Assembly: GCA_044892525.1 (NCBI GenBank)
Contig: CM097885.1
Span: 100,068,001 to 100,132,000, forward strand
DNA: 64,000 nt
Direction: 5' to 3'
Origin: Schmidtea polychroa
Lineage: Eukaryota
Positions 1 to 12,953 of the stretch are shown here, piece after piece. The notes beneath the pieces were generated by a model, which did no database searches, was not told the origin of the DNA, and was given only the letters and a program-made list of their open reading frames with translations. Made by a program: the position numbers and the translations under genes. Numbering within the stretch: position 1 is the stretch's first letter; each line of letters begins with the position of its first letter.

Positions 1-1432
1 AATTTTTAAAATTTAATTTTTTCTAATTAAATGATTTGTTTTCTTTTTTATTTTTAATAAATTATGTTAGATATTTTTAGGTTTTATTATAAAAGAGGTT
101 TGACATTCAGATATTTATTTTAACATGGATAAAACTTTATATTTTTCCTTAAATGCCTTTTTTCATCATGAATTTGGGATAGATTCCTTTAATGTGTCGA
201 TAATAATTTCTCAAATTAATTTTATCTGGTTTTTGAGGTCCAATATTAACAGCTTGGCCTATTGCAAAAACTCTTATTATATTTCATTTTGCTTAATTTC
301 TGAGCTAAATAAACTTTTAATCTTTACTTAATTTTCCATTTCGAATTTGAATAAATACACATTCGAGTAAAAAAATGATTTGGCATCAAAAATAACCTTA
401 TATAATTATATTTAATTTTTTTAAATTGGAAATTTGAAGTTTTATTTTGAAGTTTAAGTTTAGCATCAAAATTCATTTTTTCAAAATTTTATAATTAAAG
501 TTTAATTAATGTCCTGGATTTTAACTAATGTCCTGGACTTTAATTAATGTCCTGGATTTTAAATAATGTCTGTATTTTTAAAATTTAATTTTTTCTAATT
601 AAATGATTTGTTTTCTTTTATATTTTTAATAAATTATGTTAGATATTTTTAGGTTTTATTATAAAAGAGGTTAGACATTCAGATATTTATTTTAACATGG
701 ATAAAACTTTACATTTTTCCTTAAATGCCTTTTTCCATCATGAATTTAGGACAGATTCATTTAATATGTCGAAATTTATTTCTCAAATTAATTTTATCTG
801 GTTTTTGAGGTCCAATATTAACAGCTTGGCCTATTGCAAAACTCTTATTATATTTCATTTTGCTTAATTTCTGAGCTTAATAAACTTTTAATCTTTACTT
901 AATTTTCCATTTCGAATTTGAATAAATACACATTCGAGTAAAAAAATGATTTGGCATCAAAAATAACCTTATATAATTATATTTAATTTTTTTAAATTTG
1001 AAATTTGAAGTTTTATTTTGAAGTTTTAGTTTAGCATCAAAATTCATTTTTTCAAAATTTTAAAATTAAAGTTTAATTAATGTCCTGGATTTTAATTAAT
1101 GTCCTGGATTTTAATTAATGTCCTTGACTTTAATTAATGTCCTGGATTTATATTAATGTCTGAATTTTTAAAATTAAATTTTTCTAATCAAATGATTTGT
1201 TTTCTTTTTTATTTTTAATAAATTTTGTTAGATATTTTTAGGTTTTATTATAAAAGAGGTTTGACATTCAGATATTTATTTTAACATGGATAAAACTTTA
1301 TATTTTTCCTTAAATGCCTTTTTTCATCATGAATTTGGGATAGATTCCTTTAATGTGTCGATAATAATTTCTCAAATTAATTTTATCTGGTTTTTGAGGT
1401 CCAATATTAACAGCTTGGCCTATTGCAAAACT
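1..1432. repeat. Tandem satellite, ~572-589 bp unit (2.5 copies visible), each unit ending in 3-4 copies of a 19-bp subrepeat TAATGTCCTGGATTTTAAT
   Basis: The same sequence recurs with ATGGATAAAAC at 125, 697 and 1286; 19-mer arrays at ~507-570 and ~1078-1160; third copy is cut at 1432 by the Penelope junction. Confidence 0.9.
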
Positions 1433-1756
1433 TATTGCGTACTTTTCATGAAGTTGACACTATCCTATAGTTTAAATTCCCTAACTGCTTTCTTATCTTC
1501 ACTTTATAATCCTTAAAACCTTCTGAGTACGGCAATACTAACACAAATTTAGGCTCATCATCCTTGCTCACCCTATTTAATTTATTTAACTCGTCAGACT
1601 CACATATCTCAACAAGATCACACCCAGATTTTCTCAAACATGGATCCTTAGGATTTTTAATAAATTTGTCAACAGTCTCTTTCACCATAATTACTAAAAA
1701 GGATTTTGAATAACCATTCTTCATTAACAATTCAGCCAATATGTCAACACTTTTTA

Positions 1757-2179
1757 TTTAAGGATTATAAAGTGAAGATAAGAAAGCAATTAGGGAATTT
1801 AAACTATAGGATAGTGTCAACTTCATGGAAAGTACGCAATATGTTTATTAATAAGTCAAAAACTCCGGTTGAATTGTGTTCCGATCTCGTTTATCAGTTT
1901 ATATGTAATGGGTGTAATGCCACATACATTGGAGAGACTTCTCGTCATCTCTGTATTCGAGCTCGAGAACATTGTAGACCGAAGGCTTTGACCCATATTG
2001 GTGAGCACAATAAGGGCTGTAAGATTAAAATAGGTATGTCTGATTTTAAAATTTTATTAAAAAATTTCGATAATTATTGGGTACGTGTTATTTGTGAGGC
2101 GTTGTTGATAAAATCATTGAATCCGAAAATTATTGTGCAGAATGCAGTAAATACTTGTGTGTTGAATGTTTTTAAATAA
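1757..2179 (+). pseudogene. GIY-YIG endonuclease domain of the Penelope ORF (5'-truncated)
   Basis: VYQFICNGCNATYIGETSRHLCIRAREH...H...EAL: GIY-YIG motifs with the PLE-typical CxxC between them. Confidence 0.9.
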
Positions 2180-2384
2180 GTTTTTAAATAGGTTTTTTAT
2201 ATTGTATGTATTGATTGTTGTATTAAATTAAATAATTAATAAAAATTTTTTTAAATTATTAAATTAAATTTTAAATGTTAAAATTTCAAAATAAATAATA
2301 TATTTTTTTTATAAAATAAATAAAAATTTTATATATAATTAATAAATTTGTTTAAAATCCTTAATTTAATGAGTTATTATATCC

Positions 2385-2423
2385 CACCTGATGATGACAG
2401 GAAAACTGTCGAAATTAATCGTG
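2385..2423 (+). ncRNA. Minimal type I hammerhead ribozyme of the Penelope pLTR
   Basis: CAC-CTGATGA-T-GACAG(GAAAA)CTGTC-GAAA-TTAA-TC-GTG: intact core, 5-bp stem II, palindromic ATTAAT stem III, 3-bp stem I CAC/GTG. Confidence 0.85.
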
Positions 2424-2462
2424 AAAAGAATGTTTGATTGGCGTTATCTTATAATTAAATCA

Positions 2463-2605
2463 NNNNNNNNNNNNNNNNNNNNNNNNNNNNNNNNNNNNNN
2501 NNNNNNNNNNNNNNNNNNNNNNNNNNNNNNNNNNNNNNNNNNNNNNNNNNNNNNNNNNNNNNNNNNNNNNNNNNNNNNNNNNNNNNNNNNNNNNNNNNNN
2601 NNNNN
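2463..2605. other. Assembly gap (N run)
   Basis: Run of N. Confidence 1.
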
Positions 2606-2852
2606 TGATACCGAGTGCAAATCCCAATAGTAGCTTTTGGCTCTCATCAGTATTATGCAGTTGGCGCGAAGATTTCTCTTCGCGCCAGGTAAGTATACAA
2701 TATAGCTGATTCAACTATATTCTATACTTTCCTGTTACACTGGAAATCACATCACAGAGACGCGGGGAATGGTAATTTATGTTTTGTCATTTTTATCGCG
2801 TCTGTGTGCGCATTGTTATTAAAATGGTCATATCGTGTTAGTGTGCGATCAG

Positions 2853-3932
2853 TAATACGATTAATGTGCGAGAATTGTGTTGAGCCATTTATACAATACA
2901 TCTTTCTGTCCAGGGAAAATAAATAGTAGTCACTGGAGTGTTCAACTCAATTGATGTTTATAACTTAAAATTTAGCCATTTCACAAATGTCACCCTATTG
3001 ATTTCGGAGAAATCAATGTTGAACATTTGTGAATTGTAACTAATTTAGTTCTTGTCATTTAATATTAATGGAATATCATCCAACAAGCATTGTTAGGGGA
3101 TGAATGTCAATTATTTAGAACCATGGTGGATGTTAGACTCGCAATGTAATATATAAGCTTCCGGTCTTTCTTGGTTGACCCATGATCCTCGCATGCTACT
3201 CAATGTGATTCGCCTCGCAGTGTTGAGGCATGAATAATTTTAAAATGAATAAAATAATTGAACGTGTGAACAATTCTTACTTTTATCGGGGTTTGTCGAA
3301 GATTGGCTTGACTCGATTTTATTATATTATGAGATCCTGACATTTGAAAATGTTATGACTGAGAACATGTCAGCTATCACGTCTTATATACCAAGTGGAT
3401 CAGTGATTGTGTGTTTTATCTTCCCCTACTCTCGTCCGGGTGTTATTATTGATTTGTGTGTTGTGTGCTGATATGCTTGTCAGGGCTTTTATTCCCAGTT
3501 ACAGCTGTTGCCATTATTTCTTTTCTACTTCAATAGCAGCTTGATCGATTTGGCCACTTATAATGTCACGACCTTGGTGACAACCGTGACGGAGTTGATT
3601 CAAATTATTTTATAAAATTAACAGTTATTTATTTTTTTGTTTTGGTTATCAAGGCTAATCATTTAGAATCCTATGCATTTTATCAAGCCAAATTAGTTTT
3701 CAATTTTTCTTGGCAACTAGAAATTATGCTATATTTGTTTTTAATAATTCTCATATGATTCTGTTTTCATTTAACATAATCTTTGTTGTGTGTGATTGTT
3801 TTGGAAGTTCCTTGTCCCAAATGCTTGGATCTAAATCATCTCTACTGACTAAGAGCGTTTGAAATGGCGTAGTACTCAACTCGATCGACTTCTAGTTTAC
3901 AACTATGACAGTCGGATTTATGGGTAGACATT
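2853..3932 (+). repeat. Dispersed ~1.08 kb non-coding repeat, copy 1 (copy 2 at 19331..20408); probably part of a retroelement
   Basis: Collinear, high-identity match from TAATACGATT... to ...GTAGACATT in the same orientation. Confidence 0.85.
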
Positions 3933-4829
3933 ACTATTACAATAGCATCATTATCAGTTCTCATTGCTAAGCTCACCTTCTTCCGACAATTACCCGCTAG
4001 ATCACCGTACCACGTCACTTGTGTCAGTTAAAATAGTTATACGCGGTTACAGATGGAGATACGAAATTATGAAAGTATTGTCGAATAAGAGCCAATGAGC
4101 GAAAGATCTCCTCACACGTAACCCACAATTATTGAATATGCAAGACATAACCTTAAAAAAGCAGTAGATAATATATGAGCTATGGACACCACTTTGATAA
4201 TCACTTAGGAGTTTGCAGGGAATGATGAAGTATTAGTACTCAAAGAACCACAGAACAGACACAGGAACGGTATGCAGTACGGAGAACCATACATAATCAT
4301 CAGATTATATCACTTCACTGAGTCGAATTCCATTTTCAAGAAGGAAAGAAAAAAGGAAGAAACGACTTGCTGAGGAAGTGGAGAAAATTTTAAGAAGGGA
4401 AGAGTCGTGATATTTAAATATTACGGACTGTTTGTACTTTTATATAAAGGGAAATTGTAATAAATAAACTTAAGGCTGTCTTTTAAAAATTAATTGGATA
4501 TAAAAATAGAAATTCCTGAATGAAACTCCTTTTGATTTAATTTTCTCTTTGCTAAATAAAGAATATTTCAAATAAAATTTATTAGCACAAATTTGTCTAA
4601 AAAACATAATAGTAAAAATAAAAATAACTTTTACCCAGCTTTTATTCCATAATGATTTGTTTTACTGAACCAAAATAAATCAATAATAATTTAACCTTTA
4701 TTCAAATATTGTGTTACTTGAAGTTTAGAAATAAATTATTAAGTACTTCTATATTTTGTTAATCGAAAACTTTTTGAATATATATTTAATAATAAATCGT
4801 TTCCATCCTAAATCTGTTTTGAACTTCAA

Positions 4830-5064
4830 ATGAATTCAACAGCTTGGGATAATGTTTCAGAATCCCCTAAAGACAATCAAGCAATGAATAGTAATAGTGA
4901 TATTGAAGATTTTGGAGACAATTTTGACGACACTGATGAAGACAAGGCTGAAGAAGATGGAGTTTGGTCGGCAGATATTGAACAGAGCTTCCAAGAAGCA
5001 TTGGCGATTTATCCTCCATGTGGAAGGCGAAAAATTATTTTGTCAGATGAAGGAAAAATGTACG
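4830..5064 (+). CDS. TEAD: TEAD exon 1 (TEA domain N-half)
   Basis: [37 protein letters not shown], donor G|GTATGT. Confidence 0.97.
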
Positions 5065-5661
5065 GTATGTAATTTAAAAAATATTATTTTATTTTTAAAT
5101 ATTTAAAAAAATTCTTAATTGGAAATTATTATTTATTTTTAATTATGAGTGACTCCAAAAACAAAGACTTTGTAATCGATTAATAGTAGAGAATTACGCA
5201 AATAATCCCCGGTAAAATATTACAGATACTGAGATTGAATGAACAAACAGTGAGTACCTCGCTTTGTGTGTGTGTGTGTATGCGCGCGGAAAGCTGTGTA
5301 GTTTCATGTCCACCTAATAGCGCTCAAGTGAATAACAACAGCAGGAATCGCGTGTGATTTTTCCTCATGTTATAGAAATTTAATTATTTCTTAAAGGCTT
5401 CAATTTCGAATCGGAGAGTTAGTGTAATATAATTGTTTAAATTAATGTTGTTGTCATCGTTTTATGTCGATGGAGCAAATGCGATTGATGGATGAACAAA
5501 ATCTGAGGCAGCGTATTAGCAAATAAGCAAAACTCTTTTTTCCCGATTAATTTTAGTTTGATTTCTGCCCAGTTTAAAGAAAGATTTTGTTTGTTAATTT
5601 TTTTTTAATGAAATGGAAAGTAAATTTTAAAAGATTTTTTAATTATATTTCTGGGATACAG

Positions 5662-5695
<34 letters not shown>

Positions 5696-8600
5696 CCGAT
5701 ATTAAAATTCTAAGATTTTTGTAAATAGGGTTTCGTCAAAAATTTGAAATCAAAAAGAGTGCCGTGGTGAAAAAAACTTTGGGAAAAGCTGCTATAGACT
5801 CTATAGTATTATTCATTGTAAGGAGTTTCAAAACTTCTATGTAAAAATAATAAAGTTTAAATTTTATAAGCCAGTTGAAATAACTATTTGTGTTTAATTT
5901 ATAAATTAAAATTGATATTAAATCAGAGGCTGAAACCGAACCCGAACCTTGTTGAACCCAAAAACTCATGCAGGTTCGGGTTCATAAATTTAAAAAATTT
6001 ATTCTGTGAATTTTTTTTTGAAAAATAGAGGACAAAAAAAGTAGTAAAGTTTTTGTATTCGTTAATGTTGCCTAGCTTATTTTCTTAAAGTAGCTTACTA
6101 CGATACAAAATACAAATAGTAAAGTTTCTCGTGTTCATTAGTGTTTCCTAGTGATTTTCTTTTTATTATTATTTGGAATTTTGACTTTCCATGATTAAAG
6201 TTTAATAATAATCATTACTAATCATTAAACGTGTTTTTTATTGTTTGTTAAATTCTTTATTAAATTTAATTGTAAAATTGTATAATATGGAAAGAAAAAT
6301 AACATTTATAATAGTTGAAAATGTTGTTCCAGATATAATATGTGGTGTAATTACAGAAAGAATTTGGAATTGAATTAAGCTATATTAAAGAGAATGAAAA
6401 AGAATATAATGAATTTATATACGAGATAGATGTTAGGTTTGGGGAAAATATTACACATAACGAGAAAAGTCAAAAAAAATAGAAATTTTAGGATTAAACG
6501 AAAATAAAAGACCGTTAGAGATTGAGAAAGACAATAAAAGTGTTTTAGTGGCTAATAACTGGAATATTGGATGCACTGATTTGATTGAACATAAAATTAT
6601 AACAAAAAAGAACTAATTATGATTAAAACCCAGAAAACAGCTTATCAAATTAGAGGAAAAAATAAATGATGCAATAAAAAATCCAGAAAATTATGATATA
6701 AGAAAATGTAATTTGCCATCGAATTCGCTGTCAGTATGTATGTGAAAAAAAGATAAAAAAGAGATCAGGCTTCGTTTAGATTTTAGGCAGTTTAATAAGA
6801 TTACCGAAAGACAAGCTTTACCCATGTCGAATGTAGAAGAAATTCTAGATACATTACATGGATCTAAATAGACCTTGGGAACGCTTATTGAAATTAGATA
6901 AAGAATCTCAAGAGTTTTTTGTACTAAAGATGGGCAGTTTTGTTTTATTAGAATGGCTTATAGCATTGTAGCGGCACTAGGTACTTTTCAAGAATTAATA
7001 ACAAAAATATTAAAAGTTTATGGAAATGAATTATGGTGTATTTAGATGATATATTAATTTTTACGAAAACAATTGAACAACATTACAAGGTTTTTGGAAA
7101 AGTTCTAGATAATGGAAGCAAAAGTAAGAATCATTTCTGAAAAGTGTCAGTTATTAAACAATTAAATAAAGCTTTTGGGGCACATAAGAAATAGTCAATG
7201 AATTTGAACTGATAAGAGTAAAATAATCTGGACTGAGGAATGTGGAAAAGCCTTCGAAGAAATGAAAATGGCATTGACCACAGCACCAATTCTATTATTT
7301 CTAGATATCATGAAAAATGCATATTAGATACAAACGCAAGCTTTGATACAATTAGAGCTGTATTATCACAAAGGAATGAATAGTGACATGAACACGTTAT
7401 TCCATATGGATTTCATGCATTAGTAAAATAATGATTTAATATGAAATTAATAAATTTTCAGTAATAAAATTAGCCGAGATCGCAGCACCTCCCACTGAGA
7501 ACCACTGCTATAATGAGTCAAAAAATATTTAAGAAACTTCATTGAGTTGTGTTTCCCAAACCTTATACAAAAATATCCTTTTCCCATATAGATATGTAAA
7601 CTTCCTAAAAAAATTGATTGTTTTTGTTTGGCTAATTTTGTATATTGTATTTGTTATAAATTGAAATTGAATGATATACTATCTGTTGAATTTTCTAAGA
7701 TAATGTGTTAAATAAAAAATTAAAGTCTTTCGTGCTCAAAAAAAAGTTTTGAAAAAACTCAAATTTCTCAAGTTCCACTTAAAAGTGTAATCCCTATGGG
7801 CGTACGCTCCGTGCTGGGAAACATTGCCGTAGAGTATAATAAATTGTTTCTATTAGTCATACTACATTTGAAGATAAAGTTAGTTGAAAGTTTGAATATG
7901 AGTGCTGAAAATAGAAATTATATAATTAATAATTTCTGCATTTTTTAAAATAAATATAAAGACTTTGATATTTATTTTGTTTTTATGATTACTGTTTAGA
8001 ACCTAATTTCCTGGCTTGGAATTTATATTTTTTTACTTACATTAAAATATTGATGATATTAATGAATATTTTTTAATTGTAGATGTGCTTCCCTTTAAAA
8101 ATGTCCCAGTACGAATGGTTTTATAAACTATGTCCTGGTAGAAATGAAAGTATTAACGATATTAAAGGGTCAGAACTTACTTAAATGTTGCCTTATCTTT
8201 TGGATAAAATATTAATTGAATAAAAAATTTGTTTAAAATATACCAGTCATTCCACTCCAAGAAATTCCTCGCCAAATATATAATTTCAATTCAAAGATAA
8301 TAGTCAATAGCTTATCTTAATAATTATGCATTATGGTGATGTAATCACTAAGTTCCATTGTTAAATAAAGATTTTTTTGACACTTTCAGGCAATACGCTT
8401 CACTTATTTTATAATTTGTGTATGAGTAAAATGAATCAATGAGAGTGAACTTTCTGCTAATAAAATCATTTATTTTATTGATCACTCTTTTAAGGTCGCA
8501 ATGAACTAATAGCCAGATACATCAAATTACGTACCGGTAAAACACGAACAAGGAAGCAGGTCTCAAGTCACATTCAAGTATTAGCCAGAAGAAGACATAA

Positions 8601-11600
8601 AGAGTCGAATGTATCTACTATTAGTGAAGACGGTCAGACTCTACCAGAAACCACACAAAATATCAATTTTAAGCTGATTGATAATGAGTACCCATTTTCT
8701 AACCCTGGGCGAGTCGCACTCAATCAAAATATGGACGCGATTGATTTAAGATGGAGTAGCGTACGTGGTTTTACAGATCCAGGTTCATAACTATTTTTAT
8801 TTTTTATGAAACAATGTTTCTTAATCTTAATAGATGTTTTTATAAATTAGAATGAAATTTAAATTGAAAATTTATTATTGTTATTTATTTTCAAAACTTT
8901 TTTCAATTTCCACCACTGATTTCTTTCCAATAGACAATGTATTTTCATTACGACTTTATTGTTTTATTTTTGCCCTGTTACACAGAGGAAAATCTTTAGA
9001 CTGTCTACAGACGCGGCTCGTAGTTTGAAATGGCGATGGTGCTGCACGTTTTATTTAGATATATAAAGAGTGATTTTTAAGACCTGGCCACCGCGTGCCC
9101 ACTTGCATAGGTAAATAATTGAAAAATGGAATAAGAACTGTGATGTGGACAGTGTCGCTTTGCTATAATCTAGTGTGCCTGATTATACGTATATATACGC
9201 CAGTATATGCAAATGTATATGCGCATTGCAATAATCAACAAAGCTAACACAGTGTGGGATTGTTCTGTCCGCAGTACCGCTTTGAGATAATCGCTTATTG
9301 TTATTTCTGGTTCATTTATTTATGGTCCTCATTATTTAATATTACTCAGTATAAAAAATATAAATAATACAATAATACAATATCGAATCATTGACATTCA
9401 GGCCTACATTACTAATATTCTGTTATACAAATTCAATGTGCAATAAAATCGTTTCGAAAAGGTATTATTTACAATAACTTTGTTCCAATGCATTTAAACA
9501 ATTTTTAAAAATGTTATTTAAAATAAATATCAACCTCATAGACTTAGAAAAAAAGTGTGGAAAGACCTTGAAAATCATGATAAATCAATAAATTTGAGTT
9601 GGCCTACATAAAAATACTTTTTTTAGAAATTTTAGAAAAATCTTCAAAAGGGGTGTTGAGCCAGTGGCTCCCTTTCATTCACTCTTCCCAATAAATATTT
9701 TTCAATTTAGAAATACATCAATAAGGAATTCAACAAACTGCATCACACAAAAAAAATGAGTTCACCCTATCCGTTTTGGAAAAAAATATTTATCGAATGT
9801 TCGATTTCGTTAGATTTATTTCACAGTTGAGATTGTCATCGCAATTGCAGCCTTGAAATGCTTGTTTTGCATAGAGCAAACAGAATTCATTTTTTCGGTA
9901 CCTTTTAACTTTAAATTCGTGGATGACTTCAGATTTTTATCTTTATAAACTTTTAAATTCAATTGAGGTAATTCTTATTAAGGTAACGAATTGTTAGATT
10001 CTTAAAAATAAGTTATCTTTTTTGATAATGACAAATGAACAACATCCCAATTTGTAAATGAAATCTAAACAGATCTATATTCCATCGGTAGAAACTATTT
10101 CTTCACTAAGACTTATCTCTTTGGCACCTGAGTTAAAATCAATAATTATTTCATTTATTTTCATTGAAAAAACACCAAATGATTCAGTTCTCAACAAATC
10201 CAGATTATTAGATTTGACATAATTAAAATAATTAACACAATGCACCAAGTTGAAATTCTCAAAAAACTTTATTATTATACATAAAACAATTAATCAATTC
10301 AAAATATACTGTTTAAAAATCTCTTAATTTACAATTTTAAAACCAAATCTTTTTTGACAAAATTTATAACATTTTATAATTTATTTAAACTATTTTTAAG
10401 AAAGTTTTGTTATTTATTTCACTGTTAAAAATATTAATTAATTTTAAGTTTAATTAATAAATTAAATTATTTCCTCAAATTTATTAAAAATAAGATGTAA
10501 AATGTTACAGATTTCACTTTACCTATTTTATATTCACTTTAAAATTAAATTTTAAATCTGAATATTTTTTTGTAATTTTTTCACTGTATTATTTAGTTAC
10601 AAGGAATCCTTTGTCCATTACCAAGGATTCAAATAATACAATATGGAATGTCGAAAATCATATGATTAATTCACCCTCCCATGGTACAAAATCAGGAAAT
10701 ATTCTCAGCCAGTCGAATGTAGTATCGAATCTTGGACCAATTTCTTATAATAAAATAGGACTTAATGAAATAATAGTTTTTCAAGTTAAAGCTCCGGTAA
10801 TAATTTTATATGTAAACTTTCATGAATAAACTTTTAAATAAATATGTTGGAAAGTTAATTGAAGTTTAATATCAAAAATAAAATTAAACTTAAAATGAAG
10901 TGAGATGGGCAAAGTATAGTTGCCTATGTACGACAATGTACCCGGACTATGTATTAACACGTTGAACACCGTGCGAATCGTATACGATGCACAATACATT
11001 TGTTTTTTAGCATTGAGGCGTTCAACTTGTTAAAGGAAGCCAACGGAAACAATATATTTTAACTTAAGAATAACAAGGGTGTATATGACTTTTTTAATGT
11101 CAGGCTTATTGTGGTCTAGATACTTCCTATAGTGATGCAAGAATTCTAAAAGACGTTTTTAAAAAAATTGTTTGAATTGGCTAATTCAATCGTAGATTGT
11201 GGTACGAAAAAGTGGTACTGAGTTCATATTTTCTAACTATTGTCATCACACAAAACAAAGAGTTTAATCACACTTGGATACTTGACAGAATATATCTTGA
11301 TTTGACAAATAAATTGAAAAATGAACTCTACCACGTCGCTATGCAGATGAATATTAAAATTAACTATATTTTTGTAACCATAGAAAATATATTATGATTT
11401 CACTAGAATATTGTTAAGTACTATTATTTTTATGTAGTAGTCCTGTTAATTATTAAACGCAGTATTTATTATGTTTTCAATGATTGTTAGATTAGAAAAA
11501 TAGCTAATAAACATGTTGACCACATCAGATTTTTATTAATATTTAACAATTGATCTTTATAAGAAATGTGGGATAAACTGAAGTATACCCCCCATATAGT

Positions 11601-12890
11601 CAGAGATTGTTTAATAAATGGATTGTTTAATAAATGTATAGGCTTGAATATGAGCAGTACCCTTGCGACCATTATCCTTGCGAGCCGTACCCATAGGGGA
11701 CAGAATATCTTGTCGGATAAACTCTGACTCAATTAAAATCCAATTTGGGGGGGGGGGGGGGTATACTTCAGTTTACCCGAAATGTGTTTTGTTATATTTG
11801 TTATATTCGTTTGAAAGATTATTTTTGGCAATTAATTTTTAAAAATCAATTTTATTTTAGTAAAATTAAAAACCTTTTGTGTTAAATTCAGTAGATTGAA
11901 TTGTAGAATCACATTCATCGGTATCATATCACTGTTGATTATTTGGCTATTTTATCAGAATCGAATGTCAACACCAGAATCCTTTTGACTATCCTTCCTG
12001 TCTATTTTTGTAAATAAAAGGACTTCTTTGTCGGGTTTGTCGATGAAATTAAATGTTACCAATTATTAATGTGACTCTAAACGTGCCTTGTTAAATAACG
12101 AGCTCCATACAGTATAAACTTTATTTATTAACACAATTAATTAACAATTTACAGCAGCACAAAAAATGTACTCCAAAAGTTGTATCTAGGAAGTTTCAAT
12201 TTTCTCTGTAATTGTTTCTAAGTTTATCGATGAATGTTGTTATATGATATATATTCCAACGATTAATGGGGTCACTAGATTATCCATAATGACGAATTCA
12301 TGTTTATGTTTGAATCCGTTTATTTTGAGAGTTCCAAAGAAACTTCCAAGAGTAGTTGATTTGAATTGGTCAGCAAAAGTAATACTGCTGTAATCTAGAT
12401 TTTTACTTTTTAATGAACAATATTGAAATATATTATAAGAATTCTTATTGAGTGATATTTGATGAGACCGTTTGTAAGTCTTTTTTCATGTTTCATTGTG
12501 GCTAAGATGCTACTAACTGTGCTATGATCTAAGCTGTCTTCATCTGAAGCATCTTGTAGTTTGGCCAGTCTAGATGTGGAAGGTTTAAAAAGACACGCTT
12601 TTCACCAGTGGCCTTTCTTTGAACATTTCTTGTAGATTGAGTTTTTTGTAAGGTATTCGATTATGTTGTGCTTTTTTCGAGCACACCATGGACATGTTGT
12701 TCCGGTTCGTTTTTCTTCTGTACGGACGCTGCCGATATTTACAGCGTTATTAATTTTGCATCTTTGATAGCCATTTCTTTAGGTATTGATCTTCAGCTGG
12801 ATCATTTGGAATTTGCTGGTGGAATATTTTTAGATTTATAGAATTTTGATTAAATAAAACTGTAATAGGACCCAATACAAAGTTTAACTT

Positions 12891-12953
<63 letters not shown>

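Larger units (their letters stand above)
1433..2462 (+). mobile_element. 5'-truncated Penelope-like element (PLE) with an inverted 5' segment
   Basis: Minus-strand segment 1757->1433 encodes the RT C-terminus/linker (LLMKNGYS...LVLPY); plus-strand 1757..2179 encodes GIY-YIG; AT-rich 3' tail and a hammerhead follow. Confidence 0.9.

Noticed and set aside
125-1516. Repeated 68-76 aa ORF MDKTLYF...
   Set aside because: Chance frame in a satellite unit; broken in copy 2 and no motif.
2662-2700. Spliced-leader RNA gene
   Set aside because: Lacks the flatworm SL terminal ATG before the donor and has no evident Sm site.
2391-2714. ORFs with X runs (also 29401..29640)
   Set aside because: Artefacts of N gaps.
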